Below, one piece after another: positions 28,030-38,122 of a stretch of 64,000 nucleotides of DNA; position 1 is the stretch's first letter; each line of letters begins with the position of its first letter. Source of the stretch: Pyrinomonadaceae bacterium. GTDB lineage: Bacteria; Acidobacteriota; Blastocatellia; Pyrinomonadales; Pyrinomonadaceae. The translations under genes were made by a program, and so were the position numbers. The notes beneath the pieces are model-generated. The model was given only the letters and a program-made list of their open reading frames with translations, had not been told where the DNA came from and did not search any database. The DNA is taken from assembly GCA_041940425.1 (NCBI GenBank), contig JBGTSF010000015.1, positions 5,076 through 69,075 on the forward strand, written 5' to 3'.

Positions 28030-28117
28030 TTGTAACGGCAAATGTTTAATGGTAAATTGCAATTTCGTCTTTGCATTTTAGAACCGCCGGAAACTTGCCG
28101 TTCGACTTTCGCATTTT

Positions 28118-29008
28118 ATGACTATTCTTCAAGCCATCATTCTCGGCATCGTCCAGGGATTGACCGAATTTATACCGATTTCCTCGACCGCCCATCTCGT
28201 TTTCGCATCGCGCTGGACAAATCTTTATAACGGAAATCCCGAACAGATCACCGCGACGATGGCGGTCATTCAGCTCGGAACGCTGGCGGCGGTTTTTGTT
28301 TATTTCGCTTCCGATATCTGGAATATCTCAACCGCGTTTGCCCGCGACAACTGGAATCTGATTTTTAACAAACGCAAGATGCGTTTTTCCGGCACGAACG
28401 GCTCGCGTCCCGTTCGCCTGTCGGATGACTCGTGGCTCGGGTGGCTGATCATAATCGGCTCGATTCCCATCGGAACGGTCGGTTTGATCTTTAAAGAAAC
28501 CATCGAGGGCGAAGGCACGAAAAATCTCTGGATCATTGCGACGATGATGATCGCTGTCGCGCTCGGTCTGGCACTTGCCGAAGTGGTGGGAAGCAGGCGC
28601 AAAGAACTGAAAAACTTCGGTTTGATTGACGCGATTGTTGTCGGTTTCGCGCAGGTTTTATCTTTGATTCCGGGCGCGAGCCGTTCGGGTTCGACGATCA
28701 TGGGCGGGCTTTTCGCCGGACAAAAACGCGAAGCCGCTGCGCGTTTTTCCTTTCTTTTGATGATTCCCGCGATCACGGCGAGCGGTCTTCTCGAATTGCG
28801 GGAAGCCCTTCACATTCTTTCAAAAGACGATCTGATCGCGCTCGTGGTCGGAATGATCGTCGCCGGAATCGTCGGTTATCTTTCGATCTGGTTTTTACTC
28901 GCCTTTCTGCGCAAATACTCGACCGCGATTTTTATTGTTTACCGCATTGTCGTGGGTGGTATAATCCTTTTATTATTGTGGCAAGGCGTTCTTAGCGCGC
29001 AAGTCTAA
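28118..29008 (+). CDS. uppP: Undecaprenyl-diphosphate phosphatase
   Basis: BacA/UppP motifs GLTEFIPISSTAHL and PGASRSGSTI. Confidence 0.9.
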   Translation: MTILQAIILGIVQGLTEFIPISSTAHLVFASRWTNLYNGNPEQITATMAVIQLGTLAAVFVYFASDIWNISTAFARDNWNLIFNKRKMRFSGTNGSRPVRLSDDSWLGWLIIIGSIPIGTVGLIFKETIEGEGTKNLWIIATMMIAVALGLALAEVVGSRRKELKNFGLIDAIVVGFAQVLSLIPGASRSGSTIMGGLFAGQKREAAARFSFLLMIPAITASGLLELREALHILSKDDLIALVVGMIVAGIVGYLSIWFLLAFLRKYSTAIFIVYRIVVGGIILLLLWQGVLSAQV

Positions 29009-29012
29009 ACGA

Positions 29013-29083
29013 GTTCAAAGTTCAAGGTTCAAGGTTCAAAGTTAGTCGGAAAAACCTTGAACTTTGAACCTTGAACCTTGAAC
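29013..29083. repeat. Heptamer-repeat hairpin: (GTTCAAR) x4 facing (ACYTTGA) x4
   Basis: gttcaaggttcaaggttcaaagt (29020-29042) is the exact complement of actttgaaccttgaaccttgaac (29061-29083), with an 18-nt loop. Confidence 0.85.
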
Positions 29084-30801
29084 TAAAAATGTTGAAGCGT
29101 TGGACAATTCAAAAACACGATCGGGCGGAAGTGATCACGCTTGCCGAAACGCTTAGAGTTTCTCCTTTAATTGCAGCTTTATTAATCTCGCGCGGTTTTG
29201 AAACCGAAGAAAAGGCGCAGAAATTTTTAAATCCGTCTTACGAAGATTTACACGATCCGTATCTGTTGAAAGGAATGAAAACGGCGGTTAGTCGCATTCT
29301 GAAAGCAATCGAAGAAAATGAAAAAATTCTGATCTGGGGCGATTATGACGTTGACGGCACGACCGGAACTGTCGTGCTGCGAAAGGCTCTGGAAATTCTT
29401 GGCGCGAAAACCGGATTTCACGTTCCAAATCGTTTCACTGAAGGCTACGGCTTAAATATCGAGTTTCTCGAAAAAGCGAAAAACAAAGGTTACTCGCTCG
29501 TAATTTCCGTTGATACGGGAACGCGTTCGTTCGAGCCGCTTGCCTGGGCGAAAGAAAACGGGCTTGATGTAATCGTTACAGATCATCATCTTTCGGACGA
29601 AACGCGAGGAATTCCCGAATGCGTGGCGATGATCAATCCGAATCAGACGGGCTGTAATTACCCGGACAAAAATCTCGCCGGTGTCGGCGTCGCCTTCAAA
29701 TTGGTTCACGCGCTTTTAAGAGAAAAAGGCAAAGAACATATCATCAAAGGATTTCTGAAAGTCGTCGCTATCGGCACGATTGCCGACATTATGAATTTGA
29801 CGGGCGAAAACCGCGCGATCGTCAAGATCGGTCTGGAAGATTTGCCCAAAGCGCATAATTTCGGTTTAAAGGCTTTGATGGAAGTTTCCGAATGCCGTTC
29901 AGAAATGACGAGTTATCACATCGGTTTCCGCATCGCGCCTCGAATTAATGCGGCGGGCAGAATGGAAATCGCGCGGCACGTCGTCGAACTTTTTGAAGCC
30001 GACAGTTTTGAAAAAGCGCGCGAATTAGCCGAACTTTTGGACAGCCGAAACCGCGAGCGGCAAAAAGTCCAGCGCGAGATTACCGAATTGGCTCTGCTTG
30101 AATACACGGAAAACGGCGGAAGTGAAAAACAAACTCACGCCATAATTGTCGCGGGAGAAAACTGGCATCGCGGCGTGATCGGTCTGGCGGCTTCTAAAAT
30201 CACCGAAAAACTGCATCGCCCGTCCGTCGTTATCTCGCTCGAAAACGGTATCGGACACGGTTCGGCGCGTTCGATCGGAAATTATCATTTGCTGAACGGT
30301 CTCGAATCCTGCGGCGATCTGATGGAACAATTCGGCGGACACGCCGCCGCGGCGGGAATGAAGATCAAAGCCGAAAATATTGAAATTTTAAGTGAAAAAC
30401 TGAATGAACACGCGCGGCAAAATCTTTCCGAAGAAGATTTGATTCCCGAAATAAAGATTGACGCAGTAGTTTCTTCCAACACTCTGGATTTAAGCATTAT
30501 CGAAGAGTTGAAAATGCTCGAACCATTCGGCGCGGGAAATCCGAAACCGGTTTTTGTTACAAAAGATTTGTATCTTGTTGGCGAACCGTTCGTGATGAAA
30601 GAAAAACATCTAAAACTGCGCCTTGCGGATAAAAATCGGAAACAATTCGAAGCCGTCTGGTGGGACGGCGTTGAAAAATCAAAGGGGCGAACTCTCTCGC
30701 CCGAAACGCGCATCGAATTAGCTTATACGCCCGAAGCGAACACATGGCAGGGAAATACGCGCTTACAGCTTGTCGTTGAGGATTTGAGAACGGATAATTG
30801 A
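29071..30801 (+). CDS. recJ: Single-stranded-DNA-specific exonuclease RecJ; probable start ATG 29089
   Basis: DHH motifs (GDYDVDGTT, DHH) and DHHA1 (GGHAAAAG). The first 6 ORF-track codons lie in the hairpin arm. Confidence 0.9.
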   Translation: MNLELKMLKRWTIQKHDRAEVITLAETLRVSPLIAALLISRGFETEEKAQKFLNPSYEDLHDPYLLKGMKTAVSRILKAIEENEKILIWGDYDVDGTTGTVVLRKALEILGAKTGFHVPNRFTEGYGLNIEFLEKAKNKGYSLVISVDTGTRSFEPLAWAKENGLDVIVTDHHLSDETRGIPECVAMINPNQTGCNYPDKNLAGVGVAFKLVHALLREKGKEHIIKGFLKVVAIGTIADIMNLTGENRAIVKIGLEDLPKAHNFGLKALMEVSECRSEMTSYHIGFRIAPRINAAGRMEIARHVVELFEADSFEKARELAELLDSRNRERQKVQREITELALLEYTENGGSEKQTHAIIVAGENWHRGVIGLAASKITEKLHRPSVVISLENGIGHGSARSIGNYHLLNGLESCGDLMEQFGGHAAAAGMKIKAENIEILSEKLNEHARQNLSEEDLIPEIKIDAVVSSNTLDLSIIEELKMLEPFGAGNPKPVFVTKDLYLVGEPFVMKEKHLKLRLADKNRKQFEAVWWDGVEKSKGRTLSPETRIELAYTPEANTWQGNTRLQLVVEDLRTDN

Positions 30802-31295
30802 TTTTTGAGGAAAGAAAAATGGATTTGGTCGTTAAATGGCACGAATTGATGGAAAATCCTTTTTTTCAGGATGTTCCGTATAAAGTCGAACTTAATAAAT
30901 TCGGACAGATTTTAATGAGTCCGGCTTCAAACAAACACGGGATTTTACAAAACCGTGTGGCTAGGGATATTGAATACGAAAAACAATCCGGCGTTGTAAT
31001 TATCGAATGTTCAATTCTGACGAGCGAAGGTGTAAGAGTCGCCGATGTTGCTTGGGCTTCCGATGAATTTGTTGCAGAATTCGAGGAAGTTACACCGTTT
31101 CCGAAAGCGCCGGAAATTTGCGTCGAAATAAAATCTCCGGCAAATATACAAGCTGAAATGGATGAAAAGGTCAGATTATATTTAGAGAAGGGCGCGCATG
31201 AAGTTTGGATCGTAGATTTGAAGGGAAAAACAAATTTTTATTCTCACGTCGGAAAAATAAAAAAATCGAAACTCGTCAAAAATTTTAGTCTTTGA
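30798..31295 (+). CDS. Uma2 (DUF820) family putative endonuclease; probable start ATG 30819
   Basis: Restriction-endonuclease-like motif ADVAW ... PEICVEIKSP. gaggaaag precedes ATG 30819. The stop overlaps the next ATG (tgATG). Confidence 0.7.
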   Translation: MIFEERKMDLVVKWHELMENPFFQDVPYKVELNKFGQILMSPASNKHGILQNRVARDIEYEKQSGVVIIECSILTSEGVRVADVAWASDEFVAEFEEVTPFPKAPEICVEIKSPANIQAEMDEKVRLYLEKGAHEVWIVDLKGKTNFYSHVGKIKKSKLVKNFSL

Positions 31296-34042
31296 TGTCG
31301 AAAGAAGAAAAAAACAAAAAATTAAGAAAACTGCATTTTCAGGCGAAACTGCCGAAATATTTTCGCGTCGGCGCGCTGGTCGGACTGGCGGCGACGGTGC
31401 TGGTGATTTTGATCGCATTTGTTTTTACTGACCGGACGGAGTTTCGGATGAAAAGTCTTCCGGCGAATCTTTCGAAAGATGTCATTGCCGAGATCAATCA
31501 ATTCGAACGCCGCGAAACCGACGATCAGGGAAATCCGAAATATTTTATTAGAGCCGATAAAGCCACGACATTTTCCGACAATCATCAGGAAATGGAAAAT
31601 ATTTTCTTGCAGGTTTTTGACGAAACCGGAGAAAAATCCGATGTTATCACGGCGGAAAAAGCCATCTATATTCCGAAGGAAAACAAAAATTTCGACGCTT
31701 TTTTCGCAGGCAATGTAAATATCGAAACGCGCGACGCTTTGAAAGTCAAAACCGATCAGCTCGCATACAAAAAGGAAACCGAAATTGCCGAAGCCGAAGA
31801 ATATATCGAGTTTGAAAGAGAAAATGTTTCGGGGCATTCGACGGGCGCGATCGTTCACGTTAAGGAAAAACGAATCGAACTTTTGAAAGATGTCGAGATC
31901 AGTTCTTTTGATTTCGGAAGCAACGGCGAATTTGCAAATAAAGATATAAAGAGCGCGACACTGAAGGCAAATTACGCGATGTTCGATCAGGGCGCGGGCA
32001 AGATCGAACTCAAAGAAAACGTTTTTATTGACGTGATTCCGAGCGGTCTAAATAAGGAGTTTTCTCAGCCGACCGAGATCAGCTCGAGTAATGCGACCGC
32101 GTTTTTTACCGGAAAGGAAATCAAACAGATCGAATTGAACGGAAATGTAAAAGTAATCCAAAAACCGGTCAATAATAAATATACAAACACGCGGGCAAAC
32201 CGCGCGAAAGTGAAAATTGAAAAGGAATTAAAATCGCTCGAACTTTTTGAAAATGTCGAGATCGAAACGACCGTCAACAATTCAAAGCCGACGAAAATTA
32301 ATACCCAATACGCGCTTTATCAAAAGGACGCAGAACGTTTTGAAATGAAAAACGGCGTTCATATTTTGACTTCGCAAAACGGCGACGCGGCGGACATCAA
32401 AGCGAACGACGCGGTTTATGAACAAACGAACGGCAAAATTTTTCTTATCGGCAATGCCGAAATCTGGCAGAAGGAAAATTTCATTAAAGGCGATCAATTG
32501 AACGCCGATCTTTATCCCGGTAAGCAGTTAAAATTCGCCGTCGCCAAAGGCAATACTTATCTCAAGCAAGTTACCGAAGACCGCCGGACGGAAATTTTCG
32601 CGCCGGAATTGAACACTGCTTTTAACGAAAATCAAAAAATCCAAAATGCCAACGCGCTCGGCGCGAGCAATGTTACGGTTATTCCGGCAAATGCGAACGA
32701 ATACACGAAGCTGACGCTTTCCGCGCCGAATGCGATTCGTCTGAATTTTCATAACGAAGGACTTTTGCGCGAGATGCAGACCGAAGGGCGCACGACGATC
32801 AATCTGAACGCGCCGAACAATAAACCCGACGCGGCAAACAAACGACTGACCGCCGATTCTGTAAAAACGATCTTGCAGGCGGACGGAAAAAATCTGGCGC
32901 ACGCCGAAGCCGTCGGCAACGGCGAACTTTTTATCGAGCCGCTTCGCGCTTCGGCGGAAAATTATAAAACGACGATCAATGCGCCGCGTTTCAACTGCGA
33001 CTTCTTTCCGACCGGGAACAATGCGAAAAACTGCACCGCCGCGACGAAAACAAAAACCCTCCGCGTGCCGACCGTTGCGGCAAATAACCGCGGAACACAG
33101 ACGCTTTTAGCCGATACGCTGAAAGCGGTTTTTAATCCGAATTCGCAGGACATCGAATCTCTGACCGCCGACGGGAATGCGAAATTTACCGAACTCGACC
33201 GCAATGCTATCTCATCGCAGATAATTTACACGGCGGGCGATCAGAGAGTAAAACTTGCGGGCGGCGAGCCGACCGTTTGGGATTCGCGCGCGCGGGCGAA
33301 GGCGAATAATGTCGAATGGGACACGAAAAACAATAAATCATATTTGACGGGCGGGGTCAGCACGACCTATTACAATCAAAAAACCACGGGCGGCGCAACG
33401 CCGTTTATGGCGACGAATTCGCCGGTTTATCTGACCGCCGACAACGCCGAATTCAATCACGCGCAGGAAACCGCGCTTTATTTCGGCAACGCGCGGGCGT
33501 GGCAGGAAAACAATTACATTCGCGCCGACAAACTGCTTTTACAGCAAAAACAAGGTCAGCTTTTCGGTGAAGGAAATGTGCAGAGTTCGGTATATGATGT
33601 CAAAAGAAAAGTTGACGGAAAAGAAGTAAATGTTCCGGTTTCGGCGGCGGCGCAGAAGATTTCATATAATCGTGATAACCGCGTTTTGCGTTACGAAGGT
33701 TCGGTTGATATTCGTCAGGGAACAGACCGCATCACGTCGGAAATTGCGACGATCTCGATGGATAAAAATAATGAGCTGGAAAGATCAGTCGTCGAAAATT
33801 CCGTTGTTTTAACACAGCCGAATCGAAAGGCGACCGGCGATTGGGCGCAATACACTGCGGCGAAAGAAGAGTTTATTTTACGCGGCAATCCGGCGCGGAT
33901 TGACGATGCCGAACAAGGCTCGTCTGCCGGAGCGCAGGTTACGGTTTATATAAAGGAAAACCGCGTCATCGGCGAAAGCAAAACCGAGCAGACGAATACA
34001 GGCAGAATCCGCTCGGTTTATAAAATCAAAAAGAACGAATAG
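31292..34042 (+). CDS. Giant membrane-anchored LptC/LptA-like protein (multiple OstA_N-type repeats); ATG at 31295
   Basis: N-terminal anchor YFRVGALVGLAATVLVILIAFVF, then repeated LptC/LptA-like beta-jellyroll signatures (for example ATGDWAQYTAAKEEFILRGNP). Occupies the lptC-lptA position directly upstream of lptB. Confidence 0.7.
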   Translation: MMSKEEKNKKLRKLHFQAKLPKYFRVGALVGLAATVLVILIAFVFTDRTEFRMKSLPANLSKDVIAEINQFERRETDDQGNPKYFIRADKATTFSDNHQEMENIFLQVFDETGEKSDVITAEKAIYIPKENKNFDAFFAGNVNIETRDALKVKTDQLAYKKETEIAEAEEYIEFERENVSGHSTGAIVHVKEKRIELLKDVEISSFDFGSNGEFANKDIKSATLKANYAMFDQGAGKIELKENVFIDVIPSGLNKEFSQPTEISSSNATAFFTGKEIKQIELNGNVKVIQKPVNNKYTNTRANRAKVKIEKELKSLELFENVEIETTVNNSKPTKINTQYALYQKDAERFEMKNGVHILTSQNGDAADIKANDAVYEQTNGKIFLIGNAEIWQKENFIKGDQLNADLYPGKQLKFAVAKGNTYLKQVTEDRRTEIFAPELNTAFNENQKIQNANALGASNVTVIPANANEYTKLTLSAPNAIRLNFHNEGLLREMQTEGRTTINLNAPNNKPDAANKRLTADSVKTILQADGKNLAHAEAVGNGELFIEPLRASAENYKTTINAPRFNCDFFPTGNNAKNCTAATKTKTLRVPTVAANNRGTQTLLADTLKAVFNPNSQDIESLTADGNAKFTELDRNAISSQIIYTAGDQRVKLAGGEPTVWDSRARAKANNVEWDTKNNKSYLTGGVSTTYYNQKTTGGATPFMATNSPVYLTADNAEFNHAQETALYFGNARAWQENNYIRADKLLLQQKQGQLFGEGNVQSSVYDVKRKVDGKEVNVPVSAAAQKISYNRDNRVLRYEGSVDIRQGTDRITSEIATISMDKNNELERSVVENSVVLTQPNRKATGDWAQYTAAKEEFILRGNPARIDDAEQGSSAGAQVTVYIKENRVIGESKTEQTNTGRIRSVYKIKKNE

Positions 34043-34053
34043 AATAATTTTTA

Positions 34054-34839
34054 ATGTTCGCATTTTTTGGAAAAAACAATTCCCAGACGGAAAACGGCAA
34101 TTATGAAAATGTAATTGCCGATTCTCTTTGCGCGTTTAATTTGCAGAAAACATACGGTCGGCGGCGCGTCGTGGATGATGTCAGTTTATATGTCAAACAG
34201 GGCGAGATCGTCGGGCTTTTAGGTGCGAACGGCGCGGGAAAAACGACCTCGTTTTATATGATGGTCGGGCTGGAAAGAACCGAGCAAGGGAAAATTTTTC
34301 TCAACAATCAGGACGTAACCGCTCTTCCGATGTATCTCCGGGCGCGGCTCGGATTGGGCTATTTGCCGCAGGAGCCTTCGATCTTTCGCAAAATGTCTGC
34401 GGAGCAAAATATTCTCGCCGTTTTGGAAACGATGAAAATGAAACGCTCCGAAAGATTTGATCGGCTCGAAGAATTACTGGAAGAATTCGGCGTAACGCAC
34501 GTTCGCAAAACGCGCGGCGATTCGCTTTCGGGCGGCGAACGGCGGCGCGTCGAGATCGCTCGGTGTCTGGCGAGCGAGCCGGAATTTATTTTGTTGGATG
34601 AACCGTTTGCCGGAATTGATCCGATCGCGATTGACGACATACGCGAAATTATTTTGTATCTCAAAGAGCAGGGAATCGGCATCCTTATTACGGATCACAA
34701 TGTCCGCGAAACGCTCGGCATCACCGACCGCGCGTATATTATGGCGGAAGGCAAAATCTTGAAAAGCGGTATGCCGGACGAACTGGTCAAAGATTCGGAA
34801 GTCCGACGGCTTTATCTCGGCGAAAGGTTTAGTTTATAG
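34054..34839 (+). CDS. lptB: LPS export ABC transporter ATP-binding protein LptB
   Basis: [36 protein letters not shown]. Synteny with rpoN. Confidence 0.9.
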   Translation: MFAFFGKNNSQTENGNYENVIADSLCAFNLQKTYGRRRVVDDVSLYVKQGEIVGLLGANGAGKTTSFYMMVGLERTEQGKIFLNNQDVTALPMYLRARLGLGYLPQEPSIFRKMSAEQNILAVLETMKMKRSERFDRLEELLEEFGVTHVRKTRGDSLSGGERRRVEIARCLASEPEFILLDEPFAGIDPIAIDDIREIILYLKEQGIGILITDHNVRETLGITDRAYIMAEGKILKSGMPDELVKDSEVRRLYLGERFSL

Positions 34840-34947
34840 AGATTCGGTTTGCGCATTGATCGAGCAAATGAGTTATAATTTAATAAATTTCGGAAATCAA
34901 CATTTTTTGACTTGGCGCGATTTCCAAACTAGAATTTTTAATACAAT

Positions 34948-36528
34948 ATGTCATCGTTACGACTTACCACACAATTAAAACAGCAGATGGTTCTTACGCC
35001 GCAATTGAGGCAGAGAATCGAAATGCTCCAGATGACAACGCTCGAACTTGCCGAACTCATCCAGCAGGAATTGGAAAAAAACGTCGTTCTCGAAGAAGTT
35101 CCGGCGACTGAAGAATTAAACGAGATCGCCGAAAAAATTCTCGATCAAAATGCGAGCGGTCAGGAAGATTTTGAAGGACAAAACGACCGGAATTCAGAAT
35201 TGAAATCGGATTCTCAATCTGATGATTTTGAAGCCTACGAGGAATTTTCGCCCGAAAAACCGCTCGAAAACGGACATAAAGAGGATTTTGATGCGGAAAA
35301 TGAGTTTGAAGGCGACGAGCCGTCGGAAGAAAAATCCGACGCTTTCGACGAAGTTGATTTCGGCAGGGAATTTCAGGAATATCTCGATCCCGGTTATCGA
35401 ACTCAGGAATTCGAATATAAAGAAGACGCGCCGAGTTTCGAGCAATTTTTGTCGCGGACGGAAAATCTGACTGAACATCTCGAATGGCAGGTTCACCTGC
35501 TGAACATCAGCGAAGAACTCGAAGAAACGGCGATTGGCGTGATCGGCAATCTCGACAGCGACGGGCGTTTGACGGCGACCAATGAAGAGATCGCCGAACT
35601 CTGCGGCGTGTCGGAAGAGGTTGCGGAAAAAGCGCGGCAGATCGTGATGAAACTCGAACCCGTCGGATGCGGCGCGCGAAACGTCAAGGAATGTCTGCTT
35701 GCCCAGCTCGAATCAAACGGCGAAAAAGAGAGTCTCGCATACGAACTTGTCAGCGAACACCTCGAAGACCTGCAGCCGCATCGTCTCCAGCATTTATCGA
35801 AAGACACCGGAATTGACGTCCACACGCTCAACGAGGAAATCAACAAGGTCAGAATTTTAGACCCGTATCCGGGCAGACGTTATTCGACCGACGAGCCAAT
35901 TTATGTTTCGCCCGAAGTATATATCGAAAAGGTCGAAGACGATTATGTAATCTATTTTGCCGATGACGGCAGTCCGCGTTTGCGAATCAGCCCGACGTAT
36001 CAACAATTGCTCGATAAAAACGATACGACGAAGGAAACGAAGGATTACATAAAAGACAACGTGCGCTCGGCGATTGACCTTTTGCGGAATATCGAACACC
36101 GCAAACAGACGATCTACCGAGTTGTCGAATGTATCGTCAAAAAACAGCGCGATTTTCTCGATTACGGCGTTCAGCACATCAAACCGATGATGCTGAAAGA
36201 CGTTGCGGAAGACATCGGGATGCATCTTTCGACGATTTCGCGCGTCGTCAACCGAAAATACGCGCACACGCCGCAGGGCGTGATCGAGCTTCGCCGGTTC
36301 TTCTCGGAAGGAATGATGAATGAGGACGGCGAGGAAGTTTCGACGCGGATTCTGAAATTGAAAATTAAAAAAATGATCGAGGAAGAGGATACGAAAAAGC
36401 CTCTGACCGACGACAAGATCGCCAAACTTTTAAGCAAGGAAGGCGTAAAACTTTCGCGCCGCACGGTCGCCAAATACCGCGACCAGATGCAGATTCCCGG
36501 CTCGCGCGAAAGAAAAACTATTATTTAG
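34948..36528 (+). CDS. rpoN: RNA polymerase sigma-54 factor
   Basis: N-terminal Q/L-rich region I, an acidic region II, a C-terminal HTH and an RpoN box (ARRTVAKYR-like SRRTVAKYRDQM). Confidence 0.95.
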   Translation: MSSLRLTTQLKQQMVLTPQLRQRIEMLQMTTLELAELIQQELEKNVVLEEVPATEELNEIAEKILDQNASGQEDFEGQNDRNSELKSDSQSDDFEAYEEFSPEKPLENGHKEDFDAENEFEGDEPSEEKSDAFDEVDFGREFQEYLDPGYRTQEFEYKEDAPSFEQFLSRTENLTEHLEWQVHLLNISEELEETAIGVIGNLDSDGRLTATNEEIAELCGVSEEVAEKARQIVMKLEPVGCGARNVKECLLAQLESNGEKESLAYELVSEHLEDLQPHRLQHLSKDTGIDVHTLNEEINKVRILDPYPGRRYSTDEPIYVSPEVYIEKVEDDYVIYFADDGSPRLRISPTYQQLLDKNDTTKETKDYIKDNVRSAIDLLRNIEHRKQTIYRVVECIVKKQRDFLDYGVQHIKPMMLKDVAEDIGMHLSTISRVVNRKYAHTPQGVIELRRFFSEGMMNEDGEEVSTRILKLKIKKMIEEEDTKKPLTDDKIAKLLSKEGVKLSRRTVAKYRDQMQIPGSRERKTII

Positions 36529-36542
36529 TAATTCGTAAACCG

Positions 36543-36604
36543 TTAATTGTGAATCGTTGTAATTTTAATTATTCACGATTAACGATTCACGATTAATGAT
36601 TCAC
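36543..36604. repeat. Heptamer-repeat hairpin: (ATTMAYG) x5 at 36571-36604, with a complementary arm at 36543-36558
   Basis: ttaattgtgaatcgtt pairs with aacgattcacgattaa (36581-36596; 16 bp, one G-U). The right side reads attcacg attaacg attcacg attaatg attcac. Confidence 0.75.
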
Positions 36605-36610
36605 TAAATT

Positions 36611-37141
36611 ATGAAATTTGAATACACTGGAAGACACATCGAAGTTACTCCGGCAATGCGATCCCATGTCGAAGAGCATTTCGGACGGATCAAACATCTT
36701 TTCGACGGCAATCATACCAAAGCTCATGTCATCATCGAGGTCGAACGCGGCAGGCACCGCTCGGAAATAATCGTCAATTGGCGCAAGGAAGTTTTTACGG
36801 CGACGACGACGCTCGACGATATGTATCAATCGCTTTCCAAATCAATTGATAAAATTGAAAAACAAGCCCGCCGCTTGAAAAATAAGATCATTGATAAATC
36901 GCACAAGGCGAAAAAGGTCAGCGAGGTAACGGTTGATTCGCAAGCCGTCCAGCCCGCGCCGAACAGTCCGCGAATTATCAATTCGCGCCGCTACGCGATC
37001 AAGCCGATGCGCGCCGACGAAGCCGCACTGGTTTTGGAAGATCAGGAAAATCAGTTTCTCGTTTTCCGAAACGCGGATAACGAAAATATTTCGATAATTT
37101 ACAAACGAAAAGACGGCAATTACGGTCTGATCGAACCGTAA
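36611..37141 (+). CDS. hpf: Ribosome hibernation promoting factor (long form)
   Basis: An S30AE/YfiA N-terminal domain plus a C-terminal dimerisation domain, located downstream of rpoN. Confidence 0.9.
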   Translation: MKFEYTGRHIEVTPAMRSHVEEHFGRIKHLFDGNHTKAHVIIEVERGRHRSEIIVNWRKEVFTATTTLDDMYQSLSKSIDKIEKQARRLKNKIIDKSHKAKKVSEVTVDSQAVQPAPNSPRIINSRRYAIKPMRADEAALVLEDQENQFLVFRNADNENISIIYKRKDGNYGLIEP

Positions 37142-37150
37142 AGCCGTAGC

Positions 37151-38119
37151 TTGTTAATGACTTCTAAACATCATAACGAAATTTCTTTTATCACAATCGA
37201 GGAATTCGTTTCGACCGCGCCGGAAGAATTGAAACTAACGGTCATCACCGGCGCGGGCGGCATTAAAGAGAGATTTATTTCTTCACCCAGAATCCAAAAA
37301 CTGGGTTTGGCTCTCGCCGGATTTACGCATTATATTCATCAGGGTCGCGTTCAGCTTGTCGGGCAGAGCGAGATTTCCTATCTCAAACAATTGCCGAAAG
37401 AAAAACGGATCGAAGCCCTGAGAAATCTTTCACTTGAAAAAATAAGCTGTATTTTAATCACAAAAAATCTCGACGCCCCCGAGGAATTGATCGAAATCGC
37501 CGAAGAAATTGATCTTCCGGTGATTCGAACTTCGACCGTCAGCTCGACCGCCATCGGAACGGTTTCCAACTTTTTGCAGGAAAAACTCGCGCCTTCCGTT
37601 TCTCTGCACAGCGTTCTGTTGGGAATGTATGGACTCGGCGTTTTGCTGAGGGGAAAATCGGGCATCGGAAAATCGGAATGCGCTCTCGATCTCATTACGC
37701 GCGGTCATCGGCTGATTTCGGACGATACCGTGATCGTCAAAAAGATCGGAAAAAAACTCGAAGGTTACGCGCCCGAACTGACCGCCGGACATATGGAAAT
37801 CCGCGGTCTCGGAATTATCAATATCCGCGATCTGTTCGGCGTTTCGGCTGTCGAACCGAACAGAAAGATAGATTTGTGCATCGAATTAAGAAAATGGATG
37901 GATGTCGAGGAAATTGAACGGCTCGGTCTGGAAACCGAAACGGAAGAAATTTTGGAGATCAAGATTCCGAAATTTGTTTTGCCGGTCAGCTCCGGCAGAA
38001 ATATCTCGACCCTTGTCGAAACCGCTGTGCGGATGTATCTTCTAAAATCAGCCGGATTCGATGCCGCTCAAAAACTGATCGAGCGGCATGCGGCGGTGGT
38101 CGGTCGTGAAAGTCATTAA
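37151..38119 (+). CDS. hprK: HPr kinase/phosphorylase
   Basis: P-loop GKSGIGKSE and the signature EIRGLGIINI. Confidence 0.9.
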   Translation: MLMTSKHHNEISFITIEEFVSTAPEELKLTVITGAGGIKERFISSPRIQKLGLALAGFTHYIHQGRVQLVGQSEISYLKQLPKEKRIEALRNLSLEKISCILITKNLDAPEELIEIAEEIDLPVIRTSTVSSTAIGTVSNFLQEKLAPSVSLHSVLLGMYGLGVLLRGKSGIGKSECALDLITRGHRLISDDTVIVKKIGKKLEGYAPELTAGHMEIRGLGIINIRDLFGVSAVEPNRKIDLCIELRKWMDVEEIERLGLETETEEILEIKIPKFVLPVSSGRNISTLVETAVRMYLLKSAGFDAAQKLIERHAAVVGRESH

Positions 38120-38122
38120 AAT

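Noticed and set aside
27112-28062. 316-aa minus-strand ORF antisense to the SDR gene
   Set aside because: The translation is R/F/A-rich and motif-free, while the plus strand encodes a textbook SDR (TGASSGIG, YSASK).
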